The notes: a model not told the origin generated them from the letters alone. Numbered from the stretch's first letter, positions 50,021-62,017 are shown. The stretch is 64,000 nt of DNA from an uncultured Oscillospiraceae bacterium (GCA_900543795.1 UQSH01000001.1:51562-115561), one strand, 5' to 3'. A program made the numbers and translations.

Positions 50021-51847
50021 TTATTTTTTTCTGCTTTCTGCTTTTAAGCGAAGAGATTTATCAAGAATTGTTTTGCGAAGACGGATAGATTTCGGGGTTA
50101 CCTCCAAAAGCTCGTCGTCTGCAAGAAATTCCATGCTTTGTTCAAGTGAAAGAACAGTTGGCGGAATGAGTTTTAATGCCTCGTCGGAGCCGCTTGCTCT
50201 TGTGTTTGTGGCGTGCTTTTTCTTGCAAACATTGCAAACAATATCCTCATCCTTTGCACATTCGCCGACTATCATACCCTCGTAAACCTCAACACCGGGG
50301 CCAACGAAAAGCCTGCCTCTGTCCTGCGTGTTCCAAAGTCCGTAGCCTGTTGTTGTTCCCGTTTCGTGCACAACTATTGAGCCTCTTGTTCTTGTTGCAA
50401 TATCACCCTTATACGGCTCATATCCGCTGAAAAGCTGATTCATAATTCCGTTTCCGTTTGTGTCGGTTAAAAATTCGCTTCTGTATCCTATAAGGCCTCT
50501 TGACGGAATTTTGATTTCAAGATGCGTCATACCCGTTGAGCGAGTGTCCATATTTTCAATTTCGCCCTTGCGTGAGCAAAGCTTTTCCATAACAACGCCC
50601 ACATATTCCTCGGGAACCTCGATTATTGCAAGCTCAATCGGTTCAAGAGTTTGCCCTGTTTTTTCATCACGCTTCATAATAACCTGAGGCCTTGAAACCT
50701 GAAATTCATAGTTTTCACGGCGCATTGTTTCAATCAAAATAGAAAGATGAAGCTCGCCTCTTCCCGAAACCTTAAAGGTGTCCATGGAATCCGTTTCCTC
50801 AACCCTCATGGAAACATTCGTTTCAACCTCTTTAAAGAGTCTTTCACGCAGGTTACGGCTTGTAACAAACTTACCCTCCTTGCCTGCAAACGGGGAATCG
50901 TTTACTATGAAATTCATTGCAATGGTCGGCTCGTCTATTTTTACAAACGGAAGTGCTTCAACACATTCGGGATCACACGCCGTTTCGCCTATGTTCAAAT
51001 CGGGAATGCCCGCAACGCAGATTATGTCGCCAAGGTGCGCCTCCTCGCAGGGAACTCTTTTAAGCCCCTCAAATTGAAAAAGCTTCGTTAAGCGTATGTT
51101 TTCCGTTGAGCCGTCCTGCTTGCAGAGAACATAAGGAGTGTTTACCTTAACGGCTCCTCTTTCAATTCTGCCTATTCCTATTCTGCCAACATAATCGTCG
51201 TATTCAAGCGATGAAAACAGAATTTGCGCAGGTCCGTCGGGATCGCCCTGAGGAGATGGGATGTATTCAAGTATGGCGTCAAGCAATGGACGCATATCGC
51301 CGCTTCTTGCGTTCGGATCAAGGCTTGAATAGCCGTTTCTGCCCGAGGCGTAAACAACGGGGAATTCTATTTGGTCATCGTCTGCACCGAGCTCTATGAA
51401 TAAATCGAGCACCTCGTCAATAACCTCTTCCGGTCTTGCGCCGTCTCTGTCTATCTTGTTGATAACAACAAGGGGTGTTTTGTGAAGCCCAAGAGCCTTT
51501 TTAAGCACAAAACGAGTTTGCGGCATACAGCCCTCAAATGCGTCAACGAGCAGCAGAACGCCATCTACCATAGTGAGTATGCGTTCAACCTCGCCGCCGA
51601 AATCAGCGTGGCCGGGAGTGTCAACTATATTAATTTTTGTGTCTTTATAATGAATTGATGTGTTTTTTGAAAGGATGGTAATGCCTCTCTCTCTTTCAAG
51701 GTCATTACTGTCCATAACACGCTCATCAACTACCTCGTTAGTGCGGAAGGTTCCGCTCTGGCGGAGCATTTCATCAACGAGCGTTGTTTTGCCGTGGTCA
51801 ACATGTGCAATTATCGCTATGTTTTTTATGTTTTTTCTTGTGCTCAT
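50021..51847 (-). CDS. typA: translational GTPase TypA/BipA
   Basis: [18 protein letters not shown]1 motif, [11 protein letters not shown]-like domain order. 608 aa. Confidence 0.9.
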   Translation of the reverse strand: MSTRKNIKNIAIIAHVDHGKTTLVDEMLRQSGTFRTNEVVDERVMDSNDLERERGITILSKNTSIHYKDTKINIVDTPGHADFGGEVERILTMVDGVLLLVDAFEGCMPQTRFVLKKALGLHKTPLVVINKIDRDGARPEEVIDEVLDLFIELGADDDQIEFPVVYASGRNGYSSLDPNARSGDMRPLLDAILEYIPSPQGDPDGPAQILFSSLEYDDYVGRIGIGRIERGAVKVNTPYVLCKQDGSTENIRLTKLFQFEGLKRVPCEEAHLGDIICVAGIPDLNIGETACDPECVEALPFVKIDEPTIAMNFIVNDSPFAGKEGKFVTSRNLRERLFKEVETNVSMRVEETDSMDTFKVSGRGELHLSILIETMRRENYEFQVSRPQVIMKRDEKTGQTLEPIELAIIEVPEEYVGVVMEKLCSRKGEIENMDTRSTGMTHLEIKIPSRGLIGYRSEFLTDTNGNGIMNQLFSGYEPYKGDIATRTRGSIVVHETGTTTGYGLWNTQDRGRLFVGPGVEVYEGMIVGECAKDEDIVCNVCKKKHATNTRASGSDEALKLIPPTVLSLEQSMEFLADDELLEVTPKSIRLRKTILDKSLRLKAESRKK

Positions 51848-51883
51848 TTTTTCTCCTGCAATTGTGAAATGATGATTTATGGT

Positions 51884-53563
51884 TTATTTTCTAGCGTTAA
51901 AGCTGTCTCTAAGCTGAACGGTGCGGTTAAAGATAAGCTCGTTGGGCTTTGAGTGAGTGTCGGCACAGAAATATCCGTTTCTCATAAATTGGAATTTATC
52001 ACCCGGCTGTGCAAGCGCAAGGCTCTTTTCACAGTAAGCCGTAACGGATTTAAGAGAATCGGGATTAAGATTATCCTCAAATGAAGAAACACCCTCCTCG
52101 TCGCTTGGGTTGGGAACATCAAATAAGCGCTCATAAAGTCTAACCTGTGCTTTAACATTGTCCTTTGCGTCAACCCAGTGAATTGTGCCCTTAACCTTTC
52201 TGCCGTCAGGGCTGTCTCCTCCGAAGGTTTCGGGATCGTATGTGCAGTGAACACAGGTAACATCTCCGTTTTCATCTGTTTCATATCCCGTGCAGGTAAC
52301 AAAATATGCCTTGAAAAGACGAACCTCATTTCCCGGGAACAGGCGGAAATATTTTTTAACAGGCTCAATCATAAAGTCGTTTCTTTCGATAAATATTTCC
52401 TTTGAAAATGTCATTATCCTTGTTCCGTATTCGGGGTGGTCGGGGTGATATTCAGCCTCAATTTCCTCTGTTTTGCCGTCGGGATAATTATCAATAACAA
52501 CCTTAATCGGATCTAAAATTGCCATTGCTCTGCGTGATGTTTGATTAAGCTGGTTTCTAACGCAGCTTTCAAGAAGCGCAAAATCAATAACGCTGTATGC
52601 CTTTGAAACACCTATTCTTTCGCAGAAATCTCTAATTGCCTCAGCGGGATAGCCTCTGCGCCTCATACCGCTGATTGTTGCCATTCGGGGATCGTCCCAG
52701 CCGTCAACAATTCCGTCCTTAACAAGCTTTAAGCACTTGCGCTTTGAGGTTAAGGTGTAGTTCAAATTCATTCTTGCAAACTCAATCTGCCTCGGCTTTT
52801 CGCCGTCAACACATTCGTTTACAACCCAGTCGTAAAGCGGTCTGTGGTTTTCAAATTCAAGCGAGCAAAGCGAATGAGTAACCTTTTCGCAGGCGTCTGA
52901 AAGCGGGTGTGCGAAATCGTACATAGGATAAACGCACCATTTGTCGCCCGTTCTGTGATGATGTGCAAACATAATTCTGTAAATTATGGGATCACGCATA
53001 TTAAGATTAGGGCTTGACATATCAATTTTCGCCCTTAAAACTCTTGTGCCCTCGGGAAATTCGCCATTCGTCATTCTCTCGAATAAATCAAGGTTTTCTT
53101 CAACAGAACGGTTTCTGTATGGGCTTTCTCTGCCGGGCTCGGTAAGCGTGCCTCTGTATTCTCTCTGCTGCTCGGGCGTTAAATCGCAAACAAACGCCTT
53201 GCCTTTTTTGATAAGCTTGATTGCACATTCGTAAATATAATCAAAATAGTCGGAGGCATAGTAAACATTATCCCAATCAAATCCAAGCCACTTAATGTCC
53301 TCCATAATAGCGTCAACATATTCCGTGTCCTCTTTTGTAGGGTTGGTGTCGTCAAGCCTTAGGTTGCATATTCCGTTGTATTTTTCCTTTGCGCCGAAGT
53401 TTATGCAAATAGCCTTTGCGTGGCCTATATGAAGATAGCCGTTTGGCTCGGGAGGAAATCTTGTTTGCACTCTTGAATAAACCCCGTCTGCCAAATCTTT
53501 ATCTATAAAATCGTGGATAAAATTTGAATATTCCTTGATTTCTTCGGTGTTTTCCTTTGCCAT
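51884..53563 (-). CDS. glnS: glutamine--tRNA ligase
   Basis: Class I HIGH ([10 protein letters not shown]) and KMSKS-region (TSKRK), with GlnRS-specific anticodon-binding beta-barrels. Confidence 0.85.
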   Translation of the reverse strand: MAKENTEEIKEYSNFIHDFIDKDLADGVYSRVQTRFPPEPNGYLHIGHAKAICINFGAKEKYNGICNLRLDDTNPTKEDTEYVDAIMEDIKWLGFDWDNVYYASDYFDYIYECAIKLIKKGKAFVCDLTPEQQREYRGTLTEPGRESPYRNRSVEENLDLFERMTNGEFPEGTRVLRAKIDMSSPNLNMRDPIIYRIMFAHHHRTGDKWCVYPMYDFAHPLSDACEKVTHSLCSLEFENHRPLYDWVVNECVDGEKPRQIEFARMNLNYTLTSKRKCLKLVKDGIVDGWDDPRMATISGMRRRGYPAEAIRDFCERIGVSKAYSVIDFALLESCVRNQLNQTSRRAMAILDPIKVVIDNYPDGKTEEIEAEYHPDHPEYGTRIMTFSKEIFIERNDFMIEPVKKYFRLFPGNEVRLFKAYFVTCTGYETDENGDVTCVHCTYDPETFGGDSPDGRKVKGTIHWVDAKDNVKAQVRLYERLFDVPNPSDEEGVSSFEDNLNPDSLKSVTAYCEKSLALAQPGDKFQFMRNGYFCADTHSKPNELIFNRTVQLRDSFNARK

Positions 53564-55224
53564 TAGTTCTCCTCCTTATAATGCTTTAAAGCGTCATTAA
53601 GCCGTTTTATAACTCTTTCTCTGCCGAGTAATTCGGATATTGAGTATAAATCGGGGGTGTTCGTTCTTCCGGTAAGCGCAACGCGTATAACTGTTGAAAC
53701 ATCGCCTACATGGCCTCTGTAATTTTCGGGATTTTGCTTAAATTCCTTAACATTCGGGGTGCATCCGAGCGGCTCGCATAAATCCTTAATTCTTGCAAAC
53801 CATTGGTCTTTATCGTCATTTTCGTTAAAAGCGTCAATGTATTTTTCGATAACCTCTCCGGCAAGCTCTTTATCTGCGTTTCCGCAAAGCTCATAGCAGG
53901 GAATAAATGCTTCGTCAAACATATAGCTGATATAATCGGGAATATCGCTCCATTTTGCAATATCCTTTCGCGGCTTTTTGTTTTCACGGTCTATGTTTAA
54001 AACAGCCTTTGCATAATCCGTGTCCTGCTCATAAAGAGAGGCGAGCTGAGGATTATATTCCTTTGCCCATTCATAGGAAAGCGTGAAAACCTTGTCTGCA
54101 TTCATTGTGCTGATAACATTTTTTGAAATATCGGTTAATTTAACCGTGTCGAAAAGAGCACCCGAAATGCTCATCTTTTTAAAACTAAGCGGAAATTTTT
54201 CAGCCGGCTCTGCTTTGTTTGCTCTGCGCCAGTCCTCAAAATTTGAATTTGCAAGCGTTAAAATATATTCAATAACGCTTTCCCTCGGATATCCCTGCTC
54301 GGCGTAATAGGTAACCGCAGCTTCGGGGTCTTTACGCTTGGAAAGCTTCCTCTTTCCGCCGTTTTCCTCCTTCATAATTGTTGCAACATGAGCATATTTA
54401 GGCGGCTTGAAGCCAAGAAGCTTAAATAATTGAAGATGTATCGGTGCGGAGGAAATCCATTCGTCTCCGCGAACAACATGAGTTGTTCTCATTAAATGAT
54501 CGTCAATAACATGTGCAAAATGATAAGTCGGTATTCCGTCGGATTTAAGAAGAACTATATCCTGAATATTTTCGGGCATTTCGATTTTGCCTTTAATTGC
54601 ATCGTCAAAAACGCATTTTCCGTCTGCCGTTCCGGGAGATTTCAGGCGCAAGGTCCATTCCTTGCCGCTTTCAATATTTTTCTTGATTTCATCAAAGGAA
54701 AGATTGCGGCATTTTGCCCATTTGCCCCAGTATCCCTTCTGCGGCTCATTTTCCTGGCTGCTTCTTATTTCATCAAGCTCCTCGGGCGTGCAGAAGCAGG
54801 GATATGCAAGCCCTTGTTCAACAAGATGCTTTGCATAGGCTTGGTAAATATCCTTCCTTTTGCTTTGATAATAGGGTCCGTAGGCTCCCTTTTCCTCGTT
54901 TTCACCGATAACGCCCTCGTCTGCCTCAATGCCGTAGGCGGCAAGGCTTTTGAGCATAACTCCTATTGCTCCGTCAACACGGCGCTTATTATCGGTGTCC
55001 TCAACTCTAACATAAAAAACACCGTTTGAATTTTTGGCAATTCTGTATGCAACGAGCATTGTATATAAATTTCCGAAATGCAAAAAGCCTGTTGGGCTCG
55101 GAGCAAATCTTGTTACCCTTGCTCCCTCGGGAAGCTCTCTTTGCGGATAAAGCTCCTCGTAAAATGCAGGAGATTTGTCCGTGCTCGGGAAAAGAAGCTG
55201 TGCAAGTTTTTCAAAATCCGTCAT
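53563..55224 (-). CDS. gltX: glutamate--tRNA ligase
   Basis: [14 protein letters not shown] (HIGH-like) and LSKRK (KMSKS). Stop overlaps the glnS start. Confidence 0.85.
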   Translation of the reverse strand: MTDFEKLAQLLFPSTDKSPAFYEELYPQRELPEGARVTRFAPSPTGFLHFGNLYTMLVAYRIAKNSNGVFYVRVEDTDNKRRVDGAIGVMLKSLAAYGIEADEGVIGENEEKGAYGPYYQSKRKDIYQAYAKHLVEQGLAYPCFCTPEELDEIRSSQENEPQKGYWGKWAKCRNLSFDEIKKNIESGKEWTLRLKSPGTADGKCVFDDAIKGKIEMPENIQDIVLLKSDGIPTYHFAHVIDDHLMRTTHVVRGDEWISSAPIHLQLFKLLGFKPPKYAHVATIMKEENGGKRKLSKRKDPEAAVTYYAEQGYPRESVIEYILTLANSNFEDWRRANKAEPAEKFPLSFKKMSISGALFDTVKLTDISKNVISTMNADKVFTLSYEWAKEYNPQLASLYEQDTDYAKAVLNIDRENKKPRKDIAKWSDIPDYISYMFDEAFIPCYELCGNADKELAGEVIEKYIDAFNENDDKDQWFARIKDLCEPLGCTPNVKEFKQNPENYRGHVGDVSTVIRVALTGRTNTPDLYSISELLGRERVIKRLNDALKHYKEEN

Positions 55225-55364
55225 ATATAGTACTCCATAATAATTAATCAATATATTATTACACATATTTTAAAATTATTCAATATTTAATTATTTATAT
55301 TTTATTGAAAAAGCGGTTTTTTTGTGTTATTTTATAAAAAAAAGAAGCAAAGGAGTTTTATTAT

Positions 55365-55541
55365 ATGAGCTTGCCAAAGGATAGTTTTATGCTTTTAAGT
55401 GTTTTAAATACAAAATTAAGAGATTATTATTCAAGCCTTGATGAGCTTTGCTCAGCCGAAAATGTCAGTAGGGCGGAGGTTGAAAACCAGCTTTCGCAGG
55501 CAGGATATAATTATGATGAGAATATAAATCAGTTCGTTTGA
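55365..55541 (+). CDS. DUF4250-like small protein
   Basis: 58 aa MSLPKDSFMLLSVLNTKLRDYYSSLDELCSAENVSRAEVENQLSQAGYNYDENINQFV. AAGGAG RBS. Bidirectional terminator at 55554-55583. Confidence 0.45.
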   Translation: MSLPKDSFMLLSVLNTKLRDYYSSLDELCSAENVSRAEVENQLSQAGYNYDENINQFV

Positions 55542-55595
55542 ACAAGATTAAAGAAAGCCGCAGGAAATTTTTCCTGCGGCTTTCATAATGAAATT

Positions 55596-56138
55596 TTAAA
55601 GCTTTTTTTCGGCAAGCTTTATAAATATTAGCCTGTTAAGCTTGTCTGCAAGCTCTTCGATGTTTTGCTCCTTGTCGCTGAAAATCATCGAGATTGTGTA
55701 TCCCGTAACGCCGTTTGCAGTAAATTCAATTATGAAATCGGCATCTGCTCTTGCAGCATATCCGGGGGGAACAAATCTGTTGTAAAAATCAGATGAAAAT
55801 TCTATAACGCTGTTTCTCATCAGCGAAACCATATAGCCCGAAACGGATGAGTTGAAGCATTTTTTCAAGAATTCCTTATTTTTTTGAATACGGTTAAAGT
55901 ATATGACGGTTGCGTCCTTCATGCTTTGAGCGTGCTTCGCTTCATTAACACATCCGATTGTGCTTTGCTTAACGCCCCAGTCGATAAGTGATTGAATATC
56001 GGCAAAATGATAATAAAAGGTTTGCCTGCTTATGTTGCATTTTTCAACAAGCATTGTAACTGTTATTTTATCAAAGTCATGGTCAGCAAGAAGCTCTGAA
56101 AACGCTTTTAAGATTAAAGCCTTTGTTGATTTAGCCAT
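55596..56138 (-). CDS. TetR/AcrR-family transcriptional regulator
   Basis: N-terminal HTH KALILKAFSELLADHDFDKITVTMLVEKCNISRQTFYYHF. Confidence 0.75.
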   Translation of the reverse strand: MAKSTKALILKAFSELLADHDFDKITVTMLVEKCNISRQTFYYHFADIQSLIDWGVKQSTIGCVNEAKHAQSMKDATVIYFNRIQKNKEFLKKCFNSSVSGYMVSLMRNSVIEFSSDFYNRFVPPGYAARADADFIIEFTANGVTGYTISMIFSDKEQNIEELADKLNRLIFIKLAEKKL

Positions 56139-56270
56139 AATACCGCCCTCCGTGTTTTTTATATTAACGGTATTATAGCATTATTTTACAAATATCGCAA
56201 TATTGTAATGACAATGTTAACAGCCTTGTAACAAAAATTTTATAATTATAATGCCGATGCCTGTGAAAAA

Positions 56271-57782
56271 TCAGTTTTTATTTTCGAGAATTTCAAGATA
56301 TTTCTTGTATTTTGAAGAAAGAACGCTTTTTTCTTCGGATTTTTCAACCATCTGATTAACAGCAGAGGTTGTCTTTTTAACAGGTGCAATCGTTCCTGCG
56401 CCTGCAACACATCCGCCGGGACATGCCATTCCTTCAAGCAGATATCCGTTGTATTTTCCTGCCTTTGCCATTTGAAGCATTTTTCTGCAATCGGGAAGTC
56501 CTTCTGCTCTTGCGGTAAGCACCTCTCTGTCGGGGTCCAAAACCTTTATTGCGTTTTGAACCGCCTTTGCAACGCCGCCCGAAACTGCAAAGCCGTTTCC
56601 GTCTCCGCTTGCCTCGTAAAACGGTTCATCCTCTTCGCATTTTGAAACATCAATTTCTTTTGCTTCCAGGATAGAGCTGAACTCCTCAAAGGTTAAAACA
56701 AAATCAACATGGCTTCTGATTGTTCGTCTGCTTGCCTCAAGCTTTTTAGCTGCACACGGTCCAACAAAAACAACCTTACAGTTAGGATGCTGCTGCTTTA
56801 TAAGCCTTGCAGTCAACACCATAGGAGTAAGCGCCATTGAAATATAAGACGCAAATTCGGGGAAAAGCTTTTTCGCCATAACAGACCAAGCGGGGCAGCA
56901 GGAGGTTGCCATAAACGGCTGACTTTCGGGAACCTCCTTCATAAAGTCAAGTGCTTCCTCAATTGTGCAAAGGTCTGCACCGATTGCAACCTCAACAACA
57001 TCTTCAAAGCCAAGCTTTTTAAATGCCGTTCTGATTTGACCGGAGCTGACATTTCCAAACTGTCCTGCAAACGCGGGAGCAATTGCTGCATAAACGGGGG
57101 TATCGCTCTTAATTGCGGTTATTGTTTGATATATTTGGCTCTTATCTATTATTGCACCGAACGGGCAGTTAACAAGGCACATACCGCACGAAACGCATTT
57201 TTCGGGATCTATCGTTGCTCTGCCGAGCTCGTCGGAATGAATTGCATTCATTCCGCAAACCTTTGCGCAGGGGCGCTCCTGCTTAACGATTGCGTGGTAT
57301 TCGCACGCATTTAAGCACATTCCGCACTTTATGCATTTGCTTTCGTCAATATGAGATCTGCCGTCCTTGATTGAAACGGCTTGCTTTGGGCAAACCTCAA
57401 CGCAGGGATGTTCAAGGCAATTTTGGCACGCATCTGTAACATAAACTCTTTTTTCGGGGCATCTGTTGCAGGCGAATTTTATTATATCAATAAGCGGAGG
57501 CTCATAATATTTTTCGTCAACAATGCTTTCGTCAACACCCTCGCAGATTGATGAAAAGTCGTTAAAATCTCTTAATGAAAGTCCCATAGCCGCACGAAGT
57601 CTTTCCGCAACAACCTCGCGCTCAACGAAAACGCTGTCTCTGTATTGAGCAACATCGCCTTTGATTATTTTATAGGGCAGGTTTTCGAATTTTTTCACAT
57701 CCCAGCCCTCATACGCCATTTTCGCAACCTCGGTAAAAATCGTTTTTCTTATTCTCGATTTTGATGTTTTGATTCCTCGCAT
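56271..57782 (-). CDS. [FeFe]-hydrogenase family protein (ferredoxin-like 4Fe-4S domains + H-cluster domain)
   Basis: AAGGAGG RBS. Two CxxCxxCxxxCP ferredoxin motifs. H-cluster motifs TSCCPAW, (F)VGPCAAKK and MACPGGC. Confidence 0.75.
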   Translation of the reverse strand: MRGIKTSKSRIRKTIFTEVAKMAYEGWDVKKFENLPYKIIKGDVAQYRDSVFVEREVVAERLRAAMGLSLRDFNDFSSICEGVDESIVDEKYYEPPLIDIIKFACNRCPEKRVYVTDACQNCLEHPCVEVCPKQAVSIKDGRSHIDESKCIKCGMCLNACEYHAIVKQERPCAKVCGMNAIHSDELGRATIDPEKCVSCGMCLVNCPFGAIIDKSQIYQTITAIKSDTPVYAAIAPAFAGQFGNVSSGQIRTAFKKLGFEDVVEVAIGADLCTIEEALDFMKEVPESQPFMATSCCPAWSVMAKKLFPEFASYISMALTPMVLTARLIKQQHPNCKVVFVGPCAAKKLEASRRTIRSHVDFVLTFEEFSSILEAKEIDVSKCEEDEPFYEASGDGNGFAVSGGVAKAVQNAIKVLDPDREVLTARAEGLPDCRKMLQMAKAGKYNGYLLEGMACPGGCVAGAGTIAPVKKTTSAVNQMVEKSEEKSVLSSKYKKYLEILENKN

Positions 57783-57940
57783 AATGTCCTCCTTGTTATT
57801 TTTTGAACAATGTTGTTCTGAACGCCATTATAATAACACGATGTATATATAAAATCAATGAAAAAATTTACAAAAAAAGGCTTTTTTTAGCTTGCATTTT
57901 AGTCTATAATTTTCTTATTAGGTTATTAGGGGTAGTTTTT

Positions 57941-58891
57941 ATGGAAAACAAATTTATGAGTATTAATTCACTCGGCAAGGCGCTTGTTAATGAGCTTGAT
58001 TTTGATTTCAGCATAAACGAGAAATATATCTCAACTCTTGAAGAGTTTAATGAGTGTTTAAAAAGACCGTTTACCGAAAAGGAACGGAAAATATTTTACA
58101 GAGGAGAAAGAGTGAACGATTCATCAAGGCCTCTTATTCCCACCTTTCTGCGCAACAAAAAAATGCTTTTGCGCGAGGGGGAGCTTGTTGTTAATATAGA
58201 TTGCGATTATATTCTTGATTTTTATAAAAGTCAGGGCGAATATTATAATATTTTTAAAAGCGTTTTCGGCAATGCTTCAAGATACAGACTTTATGAAATT
58301 TGTGCGTTTTCCCAGCATTATCTTGATTTTTCTCCGTTTATTGATTTTACCAAATCGCTTTATGTTGCACTTTCCTTTGCAATAAAAAGCAGGGATATAA
58401 TTAAAGACGATATTGTTATTTATACGGTTGATATAAGCGATGAGGAAAACTACACAAACGATATTGTAACCGCAGAGTGCTGGCTGAATGATTACAAGGT
58501 TACGGTTTATAATTCGCCCGATGAAATTCGCAGAATAAGGCCGAATATCAGTGCCGCCACTCTTAAAGCGGCATTGGAAACGATTGAGTCAAGAAGCAGC
58601 ATTTCATCTCCGCAGGCAAAGCTGATTGATATTCCCACAAATGATTTTATGAAGCATCAGCAGGGCGTTTTTCTTCTTTTAACTGATTATATTATGCTTC
58701 ACAAGTCTTATTTTACAAAAAATCTGCGTGAGGATTTTAATTTGACCAAATATGTTATTAATAAGGATATCTGCGAGTATTTAAAGGATATGGTTTCAAC
58801 CGAAGCTCCGTGGTATGAGTATTATTGCCTGACAGATTTGAAAAGTGCAATTAAAAAAGCCGTGGAGGCAGACACAAAATATCTTTTGTAA
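57941..58891 (+). CDS. FRG-domain protein (uncharacterised)
   Basis: IFYRGERVNDSSRPLIPTFLR plus SPFIDFTKSLYVALSFA match the FRG-domain hallmarks (F-R-G motif and SP..D.T.S..VAL.FA). Confidence 0.5.
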   Translation: MENKFMSINSLGKALVNELDFDFSINEKYISTLEEFNECLKRPFTEKERKIFYRGERVNDSSRPLIPTFLRNKKMLLREGELVVNIDCDYILDFYKSQGEYYNIFKSVFGNASRYRLYEICAFSQHYLDFSPFIDFTKSLYVALSFAIKSRDIIKDDIVIYTVDISDEENYTNDIVTAECWLNDYKVTVYNSPDEIRRIRPNISAATLKAALETIESRSSISSPQAKLIDIPTNDFMKHQQGVFLLLTDYIMLHKSYFTKNLREDFNLTKYVINKDICEYLKDMVSTEAPWYEYYCLTDLKSAIKKAVEADTKYLL

Positions 58892-59017
58892 TTTCAACAA
58901 ATCGCCTTAATTGTATAAATATACACATATTATTTCCTGTATTTTCAAAATTAAATTGAAACAGGGCTAATAATGTGTTATAATTTCATACATAAATTTG
59001 TTTATGGAGGTGCTTTT

Positions 59018-60259
59018 ATGGATTTACAATCTATAATCGCTAAAAAAGACGAAGCAGCAAAATATATGGTTAAAGAAATAACCCATATATGCAAAGCCTT
59101 TGAAAAAAGGTCTCCCGGTTCAAAGGGTGAAGAGCAGGCTTGCGAATATATGGCGGATGTTCTTAAAAAGGACTGCGGCTGCGACAGTGCAGTTGTTGAG
59201 CCCTTTAAGGAAAATCCCGGTTCGTTTTACGGTTGGATTTTCTTCACTATTTCATTTGTTTTGCTTGCGGTTGCTCTTTTCTTTTTCTGCCCGCTTCTTT
59301 CTGTAATTCTTATTGTTGCAGGCTTGTTTATCGTTCTTGCAGAGTTCGGATTTTATAAAAAGCTTATTGATCCGCTCTTTCCCGAAAAAACAGGTCATAA
59401 TGTAACCGCTATCAAGAAATGCAAGGGCGAAACAAAAAGAAGAATTGTTTTTAACGGTCATCCGGATGCGGCTTGGGAATGGCCTGTAAACTATAAGCTC
59501 GGCGGTGTAGGCTTTGAGGGCCACGCAATTATCTGCGGCTTAGGAGCGGTGTATTATATCGTTATTTCAATAATTTATATTGCAAAATACGGTATTACCT
59601 TCGCCCCTGCCGACACATCTATTTCTATCGTTAAGGCAGGTCTTATAGGACTTATCTTTGTTCCGTTCCTTATCGGTCTTTACTTTATGGTAAATTACCG
59701 CAGAGTTGTTGACGGTGCAAACGATAACCTTTCGGGCTGTTATATGGGAATTGCAGTTCTTAAAGCTCTTAAAGATGAGGGCATTGAGCTTGAAAACACA
59801 GAGCTTGCAGTTGTTTTAACAGGCTCCGAGGAAGCAGGATTAAGAGGCGCAAAGGCTTGGTGTGAACAGCATAAAAACGATTTTCAGGATGTTCCGACCT
59901 TTATTTTCTCTTATGATACAATTCACGATCCTAAATATCTTATGACTAATTACCGAGACCTTAACGGAACCGTTGCGGCAGATAAGGATGTTTCCGATTT
60001 GTTTATGGAGGCTGCAAAGGCGGTGAATGTACCCTGCAAAAAGGGTTGGGTTCCACCTCTCGGCGGTGCAACGGATTCAGCTGCGTTCGCTCAGGCAGGC
60101 TTCCGTGCAACAGGTGTAACAGGTCTTAACCATAAGCTTGAGGATTATTATCACACAAGAAGAGATACCTATGATAATATGAACGAGGAAGGACTTGCAA
60201 ACTGCTTCGCAGCAAGCGTTAAAGCGCTTGAAATGTTTGATAACGGCGCAAAGCAGTAA
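59018..60259 (+). CDS. membrane-anchored M28-family Zn peptidase
   Basis: GGAGG RBS. Central TM segments. NGHPDA, D...E (TGSEEAGLRGA) and H/D metal-ligand pattern of M28. Confidence 0.55.
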   Translation: MDLQSIIAKKDEAAKYMVKEITHICKAFEKRSPGSKGEEQACEYMADVLKKDCGCDSAVVEPFKENPGSFYGWIFFTISFVLLAVALFFFCPLLSVILIVAGLFIVLAEFGFYKKLIDPLFPEKTGHNVTAIKKCKGETKRRIVFNGHPDAAWEWPVNYKLGGVGFEGHAIICGLGAVYYIVISIIYIAKYGITFAPADTSISIVKAGLIGLIFVPFLIGLYFMVNYRRVVDGANDNLSGCYMGIAVLKALKDEGIELENTELAVVLTGSEEAGLRGAKAWCEQHKNDFQDVPTFIFSYDTIHDPKYLMTNYRDLNGTVAADKDVSDLFMEAAKAVNVPCKKGWVPPLGGATDSAAFAQAGFRATGVTGLNHKLEDYYHTRRDTYDNMNEEGLANCFAASVKALEMFDNGAKQ

Positions 60260-60597
60260 CCAATTTAATACATAAAATAAAAACATGTGTTTAAAGGCCA
60301 ACGCCACATTAAGAAGTAATTTGAAAGCATGATTGAAAATAAAGAAATAATGTATGCAAAAGAAAACGGCGGCAGGGAGAGCAGTTCTCCTTGCCACCGT
60401 TTTTTTAATCATCATCGTTAGATCAACCGGATATAATATGTAATTCGCCTGAGTCCATATCCATTGCCATATTATCTCCCATCCTCATCAATAAATCTCC
60501 GTCAGAATCTATTGCCATATTGTCAGAGATAGAATGAGCAAAATCGCTATCCTCGAAATCAAAAAACGCTTACCTACATAGCACCACGCTTGAAAAA

Positions 60598-61278
60598 TTA
60601 ATAATCATATTTGTTTATTTCTAAAACTTTGAAGGTTGCATTTTTGAATTGATTCAGTTTTTCCTGATCAACGTATTCAAAAGCTTTCAGATATATCTCT
60701 TGTCCAGCACCTAATCTATCAGCGTAAATCGTATCTGTATCAATTCTTGCGCCGTTTTCGTCAACTGCTTCAATTGTTATGAAATAAGTGCATTGTTTTT
60801 CAGCTTTGTTTTTTACTGTAATATCAAGGGATGTTTCAGAGAAGTATCCATTATTAGTTACTTTGAATTCCCCAAAAGAAACGTCAACATATTTTTCTAA
60901 AATTTCATCTGTCGTTTCTTCTCTAAACACATCACCAATTGCAGGTGTATTTGATTCAATATCATTTGATATGTTACTAAGAAGCGAAGTAGCAAAAACG
61001 ACATACAGAATTACAAGAATAATAGATAAAACGATTTTAGTTAGAAAGCCAATCAAAGCGCCTTTACCTACTGACTTGGCTCGTTTAGGTTTCTTTCCTT
61101 CATATATGAGAAAGAGTATTAAACCAACAATTGGGATAAAAAATCCCAAGATAGCAAACCCAAAACTTGAACTATCTTCAGAAACATTTGCATTGAACTT
61201 ATTATCGATCCGTGCTCCGCAGTTATTACAATATGATGAAGTATCATCTACAATTTTACCACAATTTTTACAATACAT
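60598..61278 (-). CDS. zinc-ribbon / 2-TM membrane protein with extracytoplasmic beta-rich C-terminal domain
   Basis: N-terminal CKNCG...CNNCG zinc ribbon, two TM helices, then a ~120 aa domain. GGAGG RBS. 22 bp downstream of the NTase gene. AT-rich. Confidence 0.5.
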   Translation of the reverse strand: MYCKNCGKIVDDTSSYCNNCGARIDNKFNANVSEDSSSFGFAILGFFIPIVGLILFLIYEGKKPKRAKSVGKGALIGFLTKIVLSIILVILYVVFATSLLSNISNDIESNTPAIGDVFREETTDEILEKYVDVSFGEFKVTNNGYFSETSLDITVKNKAEKQCTYFITIEAVDENGARIDTDTIYADRLGAGQEIYLKAFEYVDQEKLNQFKNATFKVLEINKYDY

Positions 61279-61300
61279 AAAAACTTATCCTCCGCTTTTG

Positions 61301-61960
61301 CTATCGATAATACCCATTTTGCTGACAGACTTGATGAATTGTTTCAGCAAAAATTGATCTGGATTTTTTATTATCATCGGCGTTTGTATTCTTTTTGTCT
61401 ATGTAATTATCTCTGACCTGCTGCCACAGTTTATGCTTTTTAATCCACTCTATTTTGTTAGGTAGATCATAATACCCTTTGGGCTGATATTCCCACGAAT
61501 AACTGTGTTGTTCTTTGTTATAGCGAATATATTGTTGCCGTCCATCGCCACATTCATATATAATGCAAAAGTCGCAACTATGCAAGATACAAGAGTTGGC
61601 TCTATCCTTTACTTTGATGGTGAGAACACGGGTGGAATCTTCGGTGAAATCATATCCGAAAATCGAAAATCCATTAGGATTAGCGACCTTATCGAGACCT
61701 TTGTGAAGAATGTTTCGTATTTCTTCGGCAGAATAATCTTCGTCGGGGTCATTTACTTCAATATTCACATCAAAGTCAAAACCAGTGTTAGAGTTTCGGT
61801 CACGGGTTATCATCTTTCGTTTGCTACTGCCCACAAAATGATATTGAAAAGTAAAATCATCTCTGACTTCATTTTGTAATCTGTGGATAATTTTAAAAAG
61901 TTCATCTCTAATCGGTTTCCATTCTTCTTTTGGAACATACTCGAAATCGTGCATAATCAT
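61301..61960 (-). CDS. Pol-beta-superfamily minimal nucleotidyltransferase (SMODS/CD-NTase-like or toxin-type NTase)
   Basis: hFVGSSKRK...GFDFDVNIEV (G[GS]...DhDh) with later acidic residues (KVKD/CDFC) as third catalytic candidates. AAAGGAG RBS. AT-rich, unlike neighbours. Confidence 0.4.
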   Translation of the reverse strand: MIMHDFEYVPKEEWKPIRDELFKIIHRLQNEVRDDFTFQYHFVGSSKRKMITRDRNSNTGFDFDVNIEVNDPDEDYSAEEIRNILHKGLDKVANPNGFSIFGYDFTEDSTRVLTIKVKDRANSCILHSCDFCIIYECGDGRQQYIRYNKEQHSYSWEYQPKGYYDLPNKIEWIKKHKLWQQVRDNYIDKKNTNADDNKKSRSIFAETIHQVCQQNGYYR

Positions 61961-62017
61961 AATATCTCCTTTTATCCCAAGCCGCCCAAATAGATTTTAC
62001 TGAATCTAAATCATATC

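Noticed and set aside
60423-60518. 31-aa acidic repeat peptide ORF (MAIDSDGDLLMRMGDNMAMDMDSGELHIISG) on the minus strand, plus a direct repeat ATTGCCATATT(A/G)TC x2 in the convergent intergenic region
   Set aside because: No Shine-Dalgarno sequence precedes it. It lies in a 3'-3' convergent gap and is more likely a chance ORF created by the direct repeat.
61301-61960. Calling the nucleotidyltransferase a bona fide CBASS CD-NTase
   Set aside because: Only 219 aa, shorter than typical CD-NTases. The G[GS]-to-DxD spacing is unusually long. The adjacent membrane protein has no recognisable cytoplasmic nucleotide-sensor domain. Reported as a candidate only.
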